A stretch of 61,248 bases of DNA, filler included, from Jimgerdemannia flammicorona (GCA_003990765.1; 2 parts of 2 records of this genome joined end to end with filler, not necessarily neighbours in it), one strand, 5' to 3'. Shown: positions 40,994-53,932, numbered from the whole stretch's first letter. Notes: generated by a model from the sequence alone, not told the origin. Translations and numbers: made by a program.

Positions 40994-43468
40994 ATGGTGA
41001 ACCAACAGATTCTAGACCTTACAGCCCAAGTAGCTATAATGGCAGCAACCATTACTGCCTTAGCTGAACAGACCCGACCTACCAAAAATCTGAGCCTACC
41101 TACCTTCAATGGTACTGCACAAGAAGTCCAAAGCTTCATTAGTGTAGTTGACACCAACTTTGAAGCCAATCAATGGACCAATGAGCAAGTTGCTGACCGC
41201 GTTCTGACAAACAATCAAGACCACACCCTGGAACAACTCTTTGCTACAACTACAGCCTATGTCCACCGAGTTGTTACATTCTTCCAAGGACCTGCCGAAG
41301 AATGGTGGTGAACTCTTCCTGAAAAACCCCTCATATGGGATATCCGACCTGCAGTAGTTACTCAGAATGCAGCAAACAATGCCCCAGGATATGGAGCCCA
41401 TCCTGCAGCACCTGGACTCAAACAACTCATGATTGCTCAATATCGCAGCGAGACCATGATTGCCGAATCTCGAGTAAAACTCCGCAACCTCAAATTTGAT
41501 GTACATGGCAAAGAAGAATTCGAAACCTTCTGTACAAAACTCGAGTCACTTCTGAACACTGTTGGCCTAGGATATATTGCCAATGATGAAGCACGAAATG
41601 GTACAAGAGCAGACCATTTATTTGATGCCCTGCCTGAATGGCTTATTAGAAAAATCTGAGAACAAGGCCACCCAGTTGGTTGCGATCACCAACAATGGTG
41701 CCTAGCAAGAATCAAGACTATGGTCAAGCGAATCCTAACAGTTGGACCAATTCTGCCCTGAAGGCAATTCAACAACAAGGAAAAGACTTGGACTAAGAAA
41801 GAAGAACCCAAGCATGAAGCATCCCAAGCTCCCTCCACATCCACCTCTTGGACACCCAGAAATCATGAACCCACCCAGCCGAGTACCTTCAAGAAACTTA
41901 CTGAAGGTGAAAGGAACGAACTTCAAAGAAGCGGAGCATGCTTCTATTGCCGAAAGACAGGACACATGGCCAGTGTCTGCCCCAACTGAAAACCCCAAAC
42001 AGCAACATGAGCAACTGTTACTACTCTGCACCACCTCAACAACCTGACCACCAGAACACTAGACTTTGTCAAGTTAAGACAAACTGCTAAGGCCCCAACC
42101 AAAGGAAGTCAAAAAGCAGCTGGATATAACCTGTATGCAGCCAAAGAAGCTACAGTTTCTAACTGAGAAGTCAAACAAGTCTATACAGGAATCAGCATCC
42201 AAATCCCTGAAGGATATATTGGAAGAATATGCTGTCGCAGCAGTCTAGCATTGAAAGGACTCTCAGTAGAAGGAGGAGTCATTGACAAGGATTACACAGG
42301 CAAAATTATTATCCTCATCCGAAACCACAGTTGGACACCCTTCAAGATCCCTATTGGCTTCTGCATCACCCAGATCCTATTCGAAAAAATCAAGTCAACC
42401 CTGACAGTCAAGGAAGTCCCTGAACTACTGCCCACCATCCGAGGATCCAAAGGATTTGGCTCATCAAACAAGGCCCCAGCCCAACCTACTGTGAGCAAAG
42501 AAGAACAATTCTATAAGAAGATCGAAGATAGATATGTACCAAGTGGCCAATGCCCTCATGGTATTGGAATGTACTCTTCCCGAATGATTGATGATTGCTT
42601 CTCTTGTGTCAATTAACTGGCTCAAAGAAGAACCAACAGAAGAAAGGCTCCTACAACCGAAATCACCACAATTGGATCAGACAAACTGCTCACTCTTAAG
42701 GCTTTTGTCAACGGAGCACCTGTCAAGATTATGATAGACAGTGGTGCCTCAGGCAACTTCATCAATGAGGAAACAGCCAACAGACTCAAGGTCTTCACCT
42801 CCCCAGTACAGCAAACTCAAGCAGTTGCTACAGCTGATGGAACCTCACATGTTATTAGCAAAGAAGTCCGCAATCTACCCTTCCGAATTGGCGACTACCG
42901 AGTACATATTACCCTCCAAATCGTACCACTTCCTGATAATGAAATCATCCTTGGGACTCCATGGTCAAAACAAGAGAACCCCATGATCGATTGGGTAAAC
43001 CATTCTCTGACCATCAAGAAAGGACGCCACAACTTCAAACTATAAGGCGAAAAGGACTCACTCAACTCTAGTGACCCTGGACCAAAGATCACCCACATCA
43101 ACAAGCTACAACTCAAGAAATTGGCCAAGAAATGCCCTCTCTTCGCCATCTCCATCTGACCATCCAAAGGAGAACCCGAGAACTCCAAAGAAGATTTTTC
43201 CAAAGTTGACAGCCATGTCAGACCACTACTCCAGAAGGTCCAAGACATATTTCCAAACTGAACCACCGAACCACCTACACCTGTCATCATAAATGACCAA
43301 GAAGAATATGAAGTTGAACAAATCCTCAACAAACGTGGCAACAAGAACCATCCTGAGTACCTTGTCAAATGGAAAGATTACCCGATCCATGATGCAACCT
43401 GGGAACCCAAGACCAATCTTCAGAATGCTACCGACCTAGTTCAGGAATATGATTCCTTAAACAACTAG
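40994..43468 (+). pseudogene. Single-frame Gag-zinc knuckle-dUTPase-CPHG-protease-chromodomain polyprotein
   Basis: All domains share one frame: LPTFNGT, CFYCRKTGHMASVC at 41939, AAGYNL/GGVIDKDYTG/RGSKGFGSS, MIDSGASGNFI at 42731, EYEVEQIL...WEP, TAG at 43466-43468. Internal stops are mostly C>T-type. Confidence 0.92.
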
Positions 43469-44182
43469 AACCAAATACTCTGCACCTATCCATACATACT
43501 ATATATTACTCTCCCGAACATTATAACTATCACAAACCAAATCAAGAACTCAGCAAAACAAGACAAGAATACCAAATCCCTGGAAAAATAGCAAAACTGA
43601 AAGCAAGCCTATTCTCCCCATACCACTGGTGGGAAATGAGGCGTAGACATTTAAGAAGATTCCTTAGAGGAAATTCTCCAGCAGTGATTGACGTCAGAAT
43701 CACTTCCGGCACACGGCATCGAACACACGACCCTTTAATGTGTGAATCCAACGCATTAGGCAACTGTACTACGAGCATGCCACTTTCTGAGAAAATGGAC
43801 CTTACCAGACTTTTGATCTTCCAAACGGTGTAACAACACTAGAACAAATTAGAAGGCCCTGATGAGGACGTCAAAAGCTAAGAAGGGGAGAGTTGTAAGC
43901 GCACAACCTCCAAGCCACCGAAAATACATGTCACCCTCTGAACAAAGCCACTGAAATTACACGCGACCTCTGAACAAATCTGGAAATCACCTGCTTGATC
44001 ACGAAGCTGAGTCAAACCGAAGTCACAGCGCACAAAGCTGAGTCAATACGAAGTCACGGAATACAAGATCTACATAAACGGAACCTTACTAATCAGGACC
44101 AAATGCATATATACCGAGCACCAAGACACATCGAATTAGAGAACCAAAACAAACAACAACCACAACTTCCAAACACACAAAC

Positions 44183-45280
44183 ATGACTACTGAGATCTAC
44201 AACCACATCCGTGCTGACATTTGGAATGCCATTGTCAACCGAGCCACACCCCCTCTGCCCCTCATGAATATCCATAGCCTGGCACCCCTCTACTTCGTGG
44301 AAGCCCAATGGAATGCCCTGAACATGCTTAGTGAGGCCCACCGAATTGGACAAATCTCAAGCTACTACCAGATTGGCCGCCTCCTGGAAGACATGGTCGA
44401 ACACCACCACAATACAGACATTACCCAGATGTCTCAACACCAGAAGCTCATCGCCCACAAATATCGAGAACTCTTCTACGAGTACAACACCTTTATCCCC
44501 CGCCTCCGAGTTACTACCAGTGAAATAGTTGCTACCCTATCCTATGGCCAAATCGATGACATGATACAAGAACTCAACCACAAGTACCTCGAGTATGTCG
44601 AAACTACAGACAGAACCTTCCCGCACCCTGATGACCACATCCTGCAAATGCCTCAAGTCGGATATGCCATGAAGGACGTCTACGATATAATCCACTTCGA
44701 CGAAGATGAAGCAGAAGACAATGATCCCTCTGATGCTGACATGACCTCTAGCCAAGGATCTCTGCCAACCCTGATCACTCCGCCAACCTTGCCGATGAAC
44801 TTACAACAGTTCATAACTACATACGAGACTTATTGGGACAATGACCACTGGTACGAATACCAACCCGCGTTCACCCCCGACTACTTCAACTATAATGAAG
44901 AGACCAGAGAACACAACCTATACCTCCAAACAACCCTAGAGATCAAACCAACAACCCCACCACCTGAGTATGAGTGACTCGAACCACAGCCGCCAGCTTA
45001 CTACAACCCCGCAACTCATAGTGCTGTAACTTATAGAAGGTACGCAGATAGTGAATCCAATGAAAGCGAAGACAATACACCCATCCTTCGCCCACCAACA
45101 CCTTATCCAGCATATGAAACAGACAATGCTATCCTGTGGGATAGAGATGAAGTCTCAATGTATTACTACCTCAGCCAACAAGGAGAAGTTATTCGCGAAC
45201 TACTCTTCCTAGACGACTACTTTATCAGAGATGATGCAATCGATGGTGATGTCATCGAAGACTACCCAGATAGTACCTAA
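44183..45280 (+). pseudogene. Family A LTR(U3)-encoded ORF, copy 3 (best preserved; one TGA)
   Basis: The 264-aa ORF continues after the TGA at 44975 (CGA in copy 1) to TAA at 45278-45280, giving 365 codons. Unknown function. Confidence 0.85.
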
Positions 45281-45469
45281 ACCTATAATTAGTCTAGCAG
45301 TCATAGTATAGATAGATTAGCCTTGTACGACATGACTGTGAACTGACTCAGCAGTCAGACGATCTCTTGATATGTCAGATCACACTTGTACTATGTGACT
45401 GCATTCCGACTCAGTAAGGCACTTAGTGCTACATCCATATCTAGCATAGTCCAGATAGCCCCTCACTAG

Positions 45470-45477
45470 TATAAATA
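45470..45477 (+). promoter_or_regulatory. Putative TATA box of the family A LTR
   Basis: TATAAATA followed by a C-tract, conserved in all five A LTRs, with AATAAA ~135 bp downstream. This places the ORF in U3. Confidence 0.6.
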
Positions 45478-48400
45478 CCCCCTCCCCCAGACCTCAGAAT
45501 CTCAGACTCGAACAGACTTGAACAATCTGAACACAACTTCTGAGCACTTCCCTACAATATCCCTTTACACAAATACTCCTAGTATAGCAATATCATGAAT
45601 AGCAAATAAACCTATTTCATAACCCATAAACCACTCTTAAGTAAATCTGTTCCCTGTTAGGTCCTACTCCTAACTCCGTCACGAAATTTCCTAATTGGGT
45701 ATTGTCTGCAGCGATATACCAATTCAACTAAGCTGGTCTTAGTTTCTTGAACTTCCTGAAATACGGAAAATCCTGAACATCCAGAACTAGTCTGCAAAAG
45801 GACTTTGGTTGAGACGTCAACCCAATCTTGAAATCAATAAGCGTAGAGGACGTACTCCATACGAAATTGATCTTGACCATAAGAAAACGGTCTTCCAGAA
45901 CATCCAGAATATCCAGAAAACCTTCTAGAACTACGTAACGGCTACCCTAAAAAGTAACCCTCTTACAAAGGATCATAGAAGTCAAGAATTTGGAGGAAAC
46001 AAAAAGAGGAAAGAAAGGATTTGGATCTATAGGAAGAGGAGTATTCACCAGTACCAAGATCACCAAACTGAAGCATAAGAAGAAGGAAATCACAAACAAG
46101 TACAGCTATACCATTGGAAATAAATTTCCACTCAAGGAGAAATTCAAGAAAATACTCTATAAATTCAAGGATGTCTTTGTCATGAACTTCAAGGATATTA
46201 AAGGAAAGACTCCACACTACTATCATAAGGTAGATACTGGAGACACTGAACCAATTTACCAGAAGGCAAGACCTGTCCCACCAGCCTACCAAGAATAGCT
46301 CAGAGAAGAAATCAAGCAGATGGAAAAAGCCAGTATTATTAAAGAAGCCAGTAGCCCCTGGTCTTCACCAGTTATACTAGCCCCAAAAAAAGAAAGCAAG
46401 CTTGGAGAATTTGCCCCAAGACTCTGTGTTGACTACAGAAAGCTCAATGTGGTTATCAAGAAGGATCACCAATCACTGTCCCTCATCAGTGACATCCTTA
46501 TAATACTAGGAGATGAAGTACAGTACTATAGCACCTTGGACTTATACTCAGAATTCCACCAAATTGGACTCACAGAAATGGCAAGTGAAAAGTCAGCCTT
46601 CATCACTCCTGACAGAACCTATATTTACCTGTGAATGCCATTCGGGATGTGTAATGCACCAGCAAGCTTCCAGCAAATGATGAACAAAATCTTCTGCTAT
46701 GATATAGAAAGATGGATGATGGTTTATATTGATGATGTAATTATCTACAGCAAGATACCTGAGGAATATCTGCAGCACATACAGCAGATAATGGAGAGAC
46801 TAAGACAATATGACCTTTACATCAAACCCAAGAAGTGTAAGTTTGCAGAAATTGAGATCTTCTACCTTAGCTATGTTATCAATTGAGATGGAACACATAC
46901 AGACCCCCTCAAGATACAAGCAGTAGCAGCATACCCAAGGTCCACTACTGTTACAGAAACCCAAGCCTTCATGGGACTTATCTCCTACTATCACAGATTT
47001 ATTAGAGGATTCTCTAACATCACAGATCTAATCTATGAACTCAATAGGAAGGACACCAAGTTTCAGTGGACTGGTAGACAATAAAAAGCATTTGATGAAC
47101 TCAAGGTCAGACTGACCCAGGCACCTATTCTTAGATGACCCAATTGGACTCAAGAATTCATCCTGCAGACAGATGCAAGTGCACAGGAACTAGGAGTAGT
47201 TCTAGCTCAAAAGGAAGACAAAAAAGAGTACATCATTGCATACCTTAGCTACAGAACCTGAGGAGCTGAAAAAGAATATGAATCCTACAAGTTGGAATGT
47301 CTTGCAGTCATCTGGGCTATAGAAAAGTTCCACTACTATCTGGCTGGAAGACACTTCATCATTCAGACAGACCACTCAGCTCTCACCTGACTACTGACAA
47401 CTGGATAACCTAAAGGAATCTACACCAGATAGATAATGAAGCTACAAGCCTACAATGTAACCATTGTACACCACCCTGGAAGAACAAATTCCAATGCAGA
47501 TGCTCTCTCATAAACATCCCAAAATACCTCCAACCAACAAATTAATTATAAATAAGAAGCTCTACTATAGAATTATCACATATCTGGGACAGCAAAAGAT
47601 GCCCCAACATCTGGAAGAATAGATACAAATGATTATCAACAAAACATGGAAACAATTCAAAACCAACAGAGAAACACTGAAGAAAGGAAAACTACTGGTC
47701 ATACCAGAACACAAGAAGGAGTAAGCTATGAAATCAGTATATAAACTTGGCTATCTAGGAGGAACAAATATATATAACAAGGCAAGAAGAATGATATAGT
47801 GATCAGAAATGGAGGAAGATATCAGACAATTTGTCAAAATCTGTAACAAATGCCAGAAACAAAAGCAAGACCAACAAAACCAAGCTCTGGAATCAGCATA
47901 CATAGAACCAGTACCATTTGCCCATATAGCAATGGATGTAATTGGCCCTCTACCTTTGACCTTGACTGACAACTGATATATCATTATCATCATAGACCTT
48001 TTTACAAAATGGATAGAAGCAAGACCCCTTAAGGAAGTCAATGTACAGTCAATTGCCTATTTCTTTCACAAAGAAATCATCTGCTGGTTCAAGACTCCAA
48101 TGCAAGTAACTACAGATAGAGGAACAGAATTCATGAACCAGTTCTTTGAGATTCTCTATAAGAAGTACAAAATCTAGCACATTCAGACCACAGCCTATCA
48201 CTCTCAAGGAAATAGACAAGTAGAAAGAACCAACAAGACCCTCAAGAATATTATCACCAAGATCTGTGATAACTATGAAAACTGGAATCATTATCTGCCA
48301 ATAGCATTATCTGCTCTCTGGGATATCAGATTACAAAGTACCTACTTTATCTCTCAAGAAATACTGTTTAGAGAAGAAAGTTCTTAAGAAACCCTATTGT

Positions 48401-48730
48401 CCAATAGAGATGCTATATGAAAACATATGGATCAAGAAATATAGAGACTACACCAAATCAGGAAGAAGGTCAAAGATTATATAACCAAGGTACAGGTACT
48501 ACAATAGAAGAATGTGGAAAAGACCCACAAACCCTTGGAGATTATCAAGATAGGAGACAAAGTTCTGGTGTATCATAATATAGTAGAAGCTTCATAGTCA
48601 TAAAAACTGGAGCCCAAGTGGGAAGGACCTTACCTTGTGCAAGATATAAAAGAGACTACCTTTTGGCTACAAAAACTCTCAGGCACAATCATCCCTACTA
48701 CCATTTATCAAAACCAACTCAAGAGGTACC

Positions 48731-49192
48731 ATAACTAACCAGAGAAGTATTGCCTCAGCTCTCAAGATCACTAGTGCTGCACAGTAAGCCATAGAAAGAC
48801 AATGGTGCACCACCAAACCACCTGCTATGGAGGAATCCTTTGATAGTATCCAGAGTATAGTCCAGACACACTTGTCATGAATTTCACACTTTAAGGCCTA
48901 TCAGAACTGAACCGAGTTTCAGGAATACTTCAAACTAGGATAACTACTAAATTTGCAGCTAGAGATGGGAAAAGAAGACTGGATTAGAGAGTGCCAGCTT
49001 TCCCATATTCAGATCACAATTACCAAATAAATCAACAAGTTGTTCAAGGATAATGAGCCAGCCTTAGCCTACTTTCGAGGAGTAGTCCCAGGAAATTTTG
49101 GATATATCAAAAGACATCATTAGGAGAATGTAATGATATAAATTGTATAGTATAAGGAGATACAAATTATAGAAGCATGGGAGTTTGAGTAA
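48731..49192 (+). pseudogene. Family C post-integrase accessory ORF relic (~153 codons)
   Basis: Frame intact from ATA (ATG in C2 at 58858) to TAA at 49190: QEYFKLG(Q)LL...ITITK(R)INKLFKDNEPALAYFRGVVP. All stops are transition-derivable. Confidence 0.72.
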
Positions 49193-49711
49193 ATAGGATG
49201 TTTCAGAGATAAATCACCTATTCAGGAGGAAGTTGTGACAGTTGATCTGAATTAGTATGAATCAGAGGAATAAGACATTTGATCGTGGTATCTGAATCTG
49301 ATTTCCAAATATAGTATAGCCCAGATAGCAGTTATTTCATAAATATTGAAGTTTTTACAAATGTTAAACTATTTACAGATGTTAAACTCTTCGATGATTG
49401 TTAAAAATTTAATAGATATCAAGGATTTAACACTTGTGAAAGAAATGACTCATAGGAAACATAGTCATAACTTAGCCATCTTATAGCTAGCAAAACTTGT
49501 ATAAATAACTCAGTATCTTAAAGTGAATAAAGTCTCAGATTGAAATAGTTCAAAGCAAAGAAATAGCAAGGAACTAGTAAGCCTGTGGGCAGATACACTT
49601 TGAACTCACCCACTCCTGCAACCTCAAAGACTCTGTGAGAGTCAGAACAGTTAAGTATTAAAGATACAGAAGTCCGACTTACTTTCAAGAGTAAGTGTCC
49701 ACTATGTTACA

Positions 49712-50021
49712 ATGAATATATATTCAATAAAAGACAAAAACTGATAATAAATCCTGAGCAGGAGATAGATGCTTATTTGAAAAGTAAAACTATTAAATTT
49801 TAAGTAGAAGTTGATATATTATCTTAGTGATAAGTGAGTTAGAAATTCAAGTTTCTCTAATTGATTTAATTGATTGAAAAATTAGATCCATAGTGGGGAT
49901 TTCTAAATTTAGTAAAAATGGCATATATATATAACTACTTAACTATTATAGTAACAAGTATTCTAATTGAGAGAGTTTTTTTAAATAGTAAAAATCTTAT
50001 ATAATTTTACTATATAAGATA
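49712..50021 (+). pseudogene. hAT transposase C-terminal dimerisation domain relic with a probable intron
   Basis: EIDAYL...DILS(W)(W), then gtgagt...tag, then FLNLVKMA...YLTIIVTSILIERVF. Matches the hAT consensus FPxLAxMARDYLAIPATSVPxERVFS after transition mutations. Confidence 0.75.
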
Positions 50022-53000
50022 TATAATAGTTGATCTGAATTAGGAATATAAATCAAAAGAATAGACATTTGATTATAGTATCTAAATATGATTCTCAAAT
50101 AAGTATAGCCTTATAAATAGCAGTCATTTTACAAATATAGAAACTTTAACAAATGTTAAAATTTCACAAATATTAAGATTTCACAGATACATATTAAGAA
50201 TCTATATTTGTAAAAAAAGTAACTTATAGAAAATATAGTTATAACTTAGCCATCTTATAGCTAGTAAATTTATATAAATATTTTAATATCTAGAGTAAAT
50301 AAAATCTCAGATAAAAATAGTTTAAAGTAAAGAGAAAGCAAGAGAACTAGTAAGTCTGCAGATAGATATACTTTGAACTCATCCACCCCTATATTCTGAG
50401 GACTCTATAGAGTCAAAGAAGATCAAGTTTTTAAAATACAGAAATCTGATATATTTATATAGTTATGTGTTCACTATATTACAACTTAGTGCCCATTAGC
50501 TGATGATTCAAGATAAATCTCTCACTTTCAAGCTAAATAATGAACAACTACTATTACTAAACTAAGACACCCAAATAAGATAGATATGAGACTACCAGTA
50601 TTCTATAGATATACTTCAGATAAATCAATTATTACCTTCATTGATAATTTCAAGCAATATGCTACTATAAGAATCCTGATAGCAAAACAACAAGTAGCTC
50701 TTATACTCTTCAGTCTCTGAGACCCTACAAGAGCAGTATTCACAGCTGTAACTTATATAGGAAATGATGATAATGCTGTACTGACAGTACAGAAGATCTG
50801 GCTCTAAGCTACCTACTATATAGATAAGATCAAGCAAGCTCTAAAGGATCAGCTCAATACAATATACTAAGAAATTAGTAAGTATCTAAACATATTCTAC
50901 ACTAGAATCCAATATTAGATAATTCTTATAGATTATACTACCACTATCTGAGATCAAGTAGCAGAGGGAATCTTTATAAAAGAAGTCTATCCAGAGATAG
51001 CCATGTCTATCTACTTATCATCAGTAGTCCTAGATCTAGTACAAAAGATCACCTATGCTTAGTAATACTAGATAGTCAGACATCTCTGAATTGAAGTATC
51101 TAAGATAACCAATATAATCTCCACTATAGTAATTAATCAAAACACACCTCAGCTAAGAGTTACTGAGTAGTAGCAAAATAGTGACCCTATGGAGAAACTA
51201 GCTAAGAAGTTTACTGAAATGACTGTCTACCTAGGAGATGTAATAAAAGAAATCAGAGAAAGAGACTATCACCTAGTTCAAAAGTTTGCTGCCATCTCAG
51301 ACAAGAAGAGAGATATCTGCTACATCTGTAGAGAAGAAGGTCATTACTCATATGAATATATAAGTGAGACTAAGTATAAGGCCCAGCTAAGTAATACTAT
51401 ATAAAACAAGAAACAGATCAATACTATCACCTTCAAAGAAATTGGAGAGTCTGATGAAGAAGAATAGGAGACCTACTCTATATAGACTACTAAGAAAGAT
51501 ATTTATAAGAAACTCTACAAGAGACTACCAGAGAGACTTAAAAAGAACTCAGTGGAGAAATAAATAGAAATTACTATAGAAAGCCAAGTTGAAGAAATAG
51601 ATCAAGATATGGAGTTGGAATAGGCTATTTAAGATATTATTTAAAGAACTACTCCAACCAGTGAAAGAGAAAAGAGAAAAAGCTTTGCAAAATCAAAACT
51701 TTTAAATATGATATCTTTAAGAACCTCAGCTAATAAAAGATCAATACAATCTTTAACTAGTTGGCAGAAATATCTACATTTAGACAGCAAATAAGATTTG
51801 GACTTACTGAAACAACTAAGAATTAAGACTGAAAAATAACTGAGACCAATAATGTTCAGAAAAATTTAGAGAAGAAAGTAAAGATAATTATAACACTTCT
51901 GCCTATACAATCTATCAAATTGAAGATAGAATCTTTGAGGTCATTATTGATACTAGAGTAGGAAGATGTCTCCTCAGTAAGAAAGTAGTAGACTATCTAA
52001 ATTGGGAGGTTGAAGAACCAATCAAGTTAGTATTCATTATAGTAGATAAAACAAGAGTCACACTTCTGAAAAAGATCTGAGATGTTCTTTTCAAGTTTGG
52101 AAGAGCAACTATCTCAGTAGATGTAATCATAATTAATACTACTAATTATAATATTCTCATTATCAACTAGTGGCCTCATAAAGTCAGAGTAATAATTGAC
52201 CTAGATGTCCAGAAGATGCAAATTACCTATTATGGACAAAATATGTAAATTTTTATCAATATCAATAAAGAAGTACTCCTCAAAATAAAGAAAGAAGAAA
52301 GTAAGCAAGAAGAGACCTATATAGTAACTACTCAGAAAAAGAAGAAGAAAGTTAAATAGATAAGTAAAGAAGATTGATATAAGAAGATTATAGAAGAATA
52401 TATACTATAAGAAGTCTGCCCCCATAGGATCAAGATATACTATATGAAGCATATCAATAATTATAATTAGTATACTGGCAGAATCAAGAAGATCTATTAT
52501 AAAAGAAGACAGAAGGCTCTCAAGAAACAGGTAAGAGAAGAAAAGAAGGAAAAAGAGGATAATAAACCACCAGCTCTCCTTAAAGACAGTAATGATGAAG
52601 AGGAAATCAAGGTCAAGATTCAAAAGATCTATCCTGATACAGTTCTACCAGAATATAAGTCAGAGAATATAGCTAGAATAGATATTACAATAGTAGAAGA
52701 AACTATACTTGAACTCTAGACAACTACTCTACTTATAACTGATCTAGTGATAGTTATTCTAAAGGACTATATCAGAATTCTCAAAACAAGAAGTAGTCTG
52801 GCTAGGAGTGAGATTGTCATTGAAGGAAGAGTTAGAAGTTAGCAGAAACAGAGAAAGAAAGGAAAGAATTTAGATCTATTAGAAGAGAAGTATTCACCAG
52901 TACTAAGATCACTAAACTAGACCACAAGAAGGAAAAAACTACAAATAAGTATAACTATACTATTGGAAATGAATTTCCACTCAAGAAAGAACTCAAGAAG

Positions 53001-53932
53001 ATACTTTATAAATTTGAGAATATTCTGGCTATAGATTTCAAAAGATGCTACATTATTACTATGATATAGATATAGGAGATACTAAATCAATTTATCAAAA
53101 AAGTAAGACCAATTCCATCAGTCTACTACAAATAGCTCAGAAAAGAAATCAAGCAAATGGAAGAAGCTGATATCATCAAAGAAGCTAGTAGTTCTTAGGC
53201 TTTACCAGTTATACTAGTCTCAAAAAAAAGGAAATAAGTCAGGAGAATTTACTTCAAGGCTCTATACTGATTACAGAAAGCTCAATCTAGTTATCAAGAA
53301 GGATTACCAACTACTATCTCTCATCAGTGATATCCTTATAACTCTAGGAGATGAAGTATAGTATTATAGTACCTTGGACTTATATTTAGGATTCTATCAA
53401 ATTAGTCTCATAGAAGTAATAAGTGAGAAGTCAGTCTTTATTACTTCAGATAAAACTCATATTGATCTGTAAATACTATTCAGAATATATAATATACTAG
53501 TAAATAATGAATAAAATATTCTACTATAATATGGGAAAATAGATGATGGTTTATATGGATAATATAATCATTTATAGCAAGATACTAGAAGAGTACATAC
53601 AATATATTCAGCAGATGATAGCTGAGAAAGTATGGTCTATATATTAAGCTCAAGAAGTACAAGTTTGTAGAAATTAAGATCTCCTATTTTAGCCACATCA
53701 TCAACTGAGATAAAACATATATAAACTCTCTCAAGATTCAAGCAATAGTAGCATATCTAAGACCTACTACTGTTACTGAAGCCTAAGCTTTCATGGGACT
53801 TACCTTATACTACTGTAGATTTATCAAAGAATTCTCTAATATCATAGATCTAATCTATAAACTCAATAAGAAGGATATTGAGTTCTAATAGACTAATAGA
53901 TAATAAAAAGCATTTGATGAGCTCAAGATCAG

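Larger units (their letters stand above)
37959..45967 (+). mobile_element. Complete non-autonomous Gypsy family A element (8009 bp): LTR-PBS-gag-ZnK-dUTPase-PR-chromodomain-PPT-LTR, no RT/RH/IN
   Basis: 2074-bp LTRs at 37959-40032 and 43894-45967. AAGGA TSD at 37954-37958 and 45968-45972. Inserted in the C1 dUTPase, which resumes at 45973 (RGKKGFGS). Confidence 0.97.
34960..49711 (+). mobile_element. Gypsy family C element 1 (gag-ZnK-PR-CPHG-dUTPase-RT-RH-IN-extra ORF), interrupted by a family A element
   Basis: 478-bp LTRs at 34960-35437 and 49234-49711, ATGA TSD, PBS 35441-35457, PPT aggaggaagt. IIDTGA ~36950, GGVIDSDYTGEI ~37823, VYIDD ~46721, TDAS ~47168, WEGPY ~48619. Confidence 0.95.

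Noticed and set aside
44183..45280. env gene or endogenous virus interpretation of the extra ORFs
   Set aside because: No signal peptide, transmembrane segment or furin/fusion motif is visible, and the product is acidic and hydrophilic.
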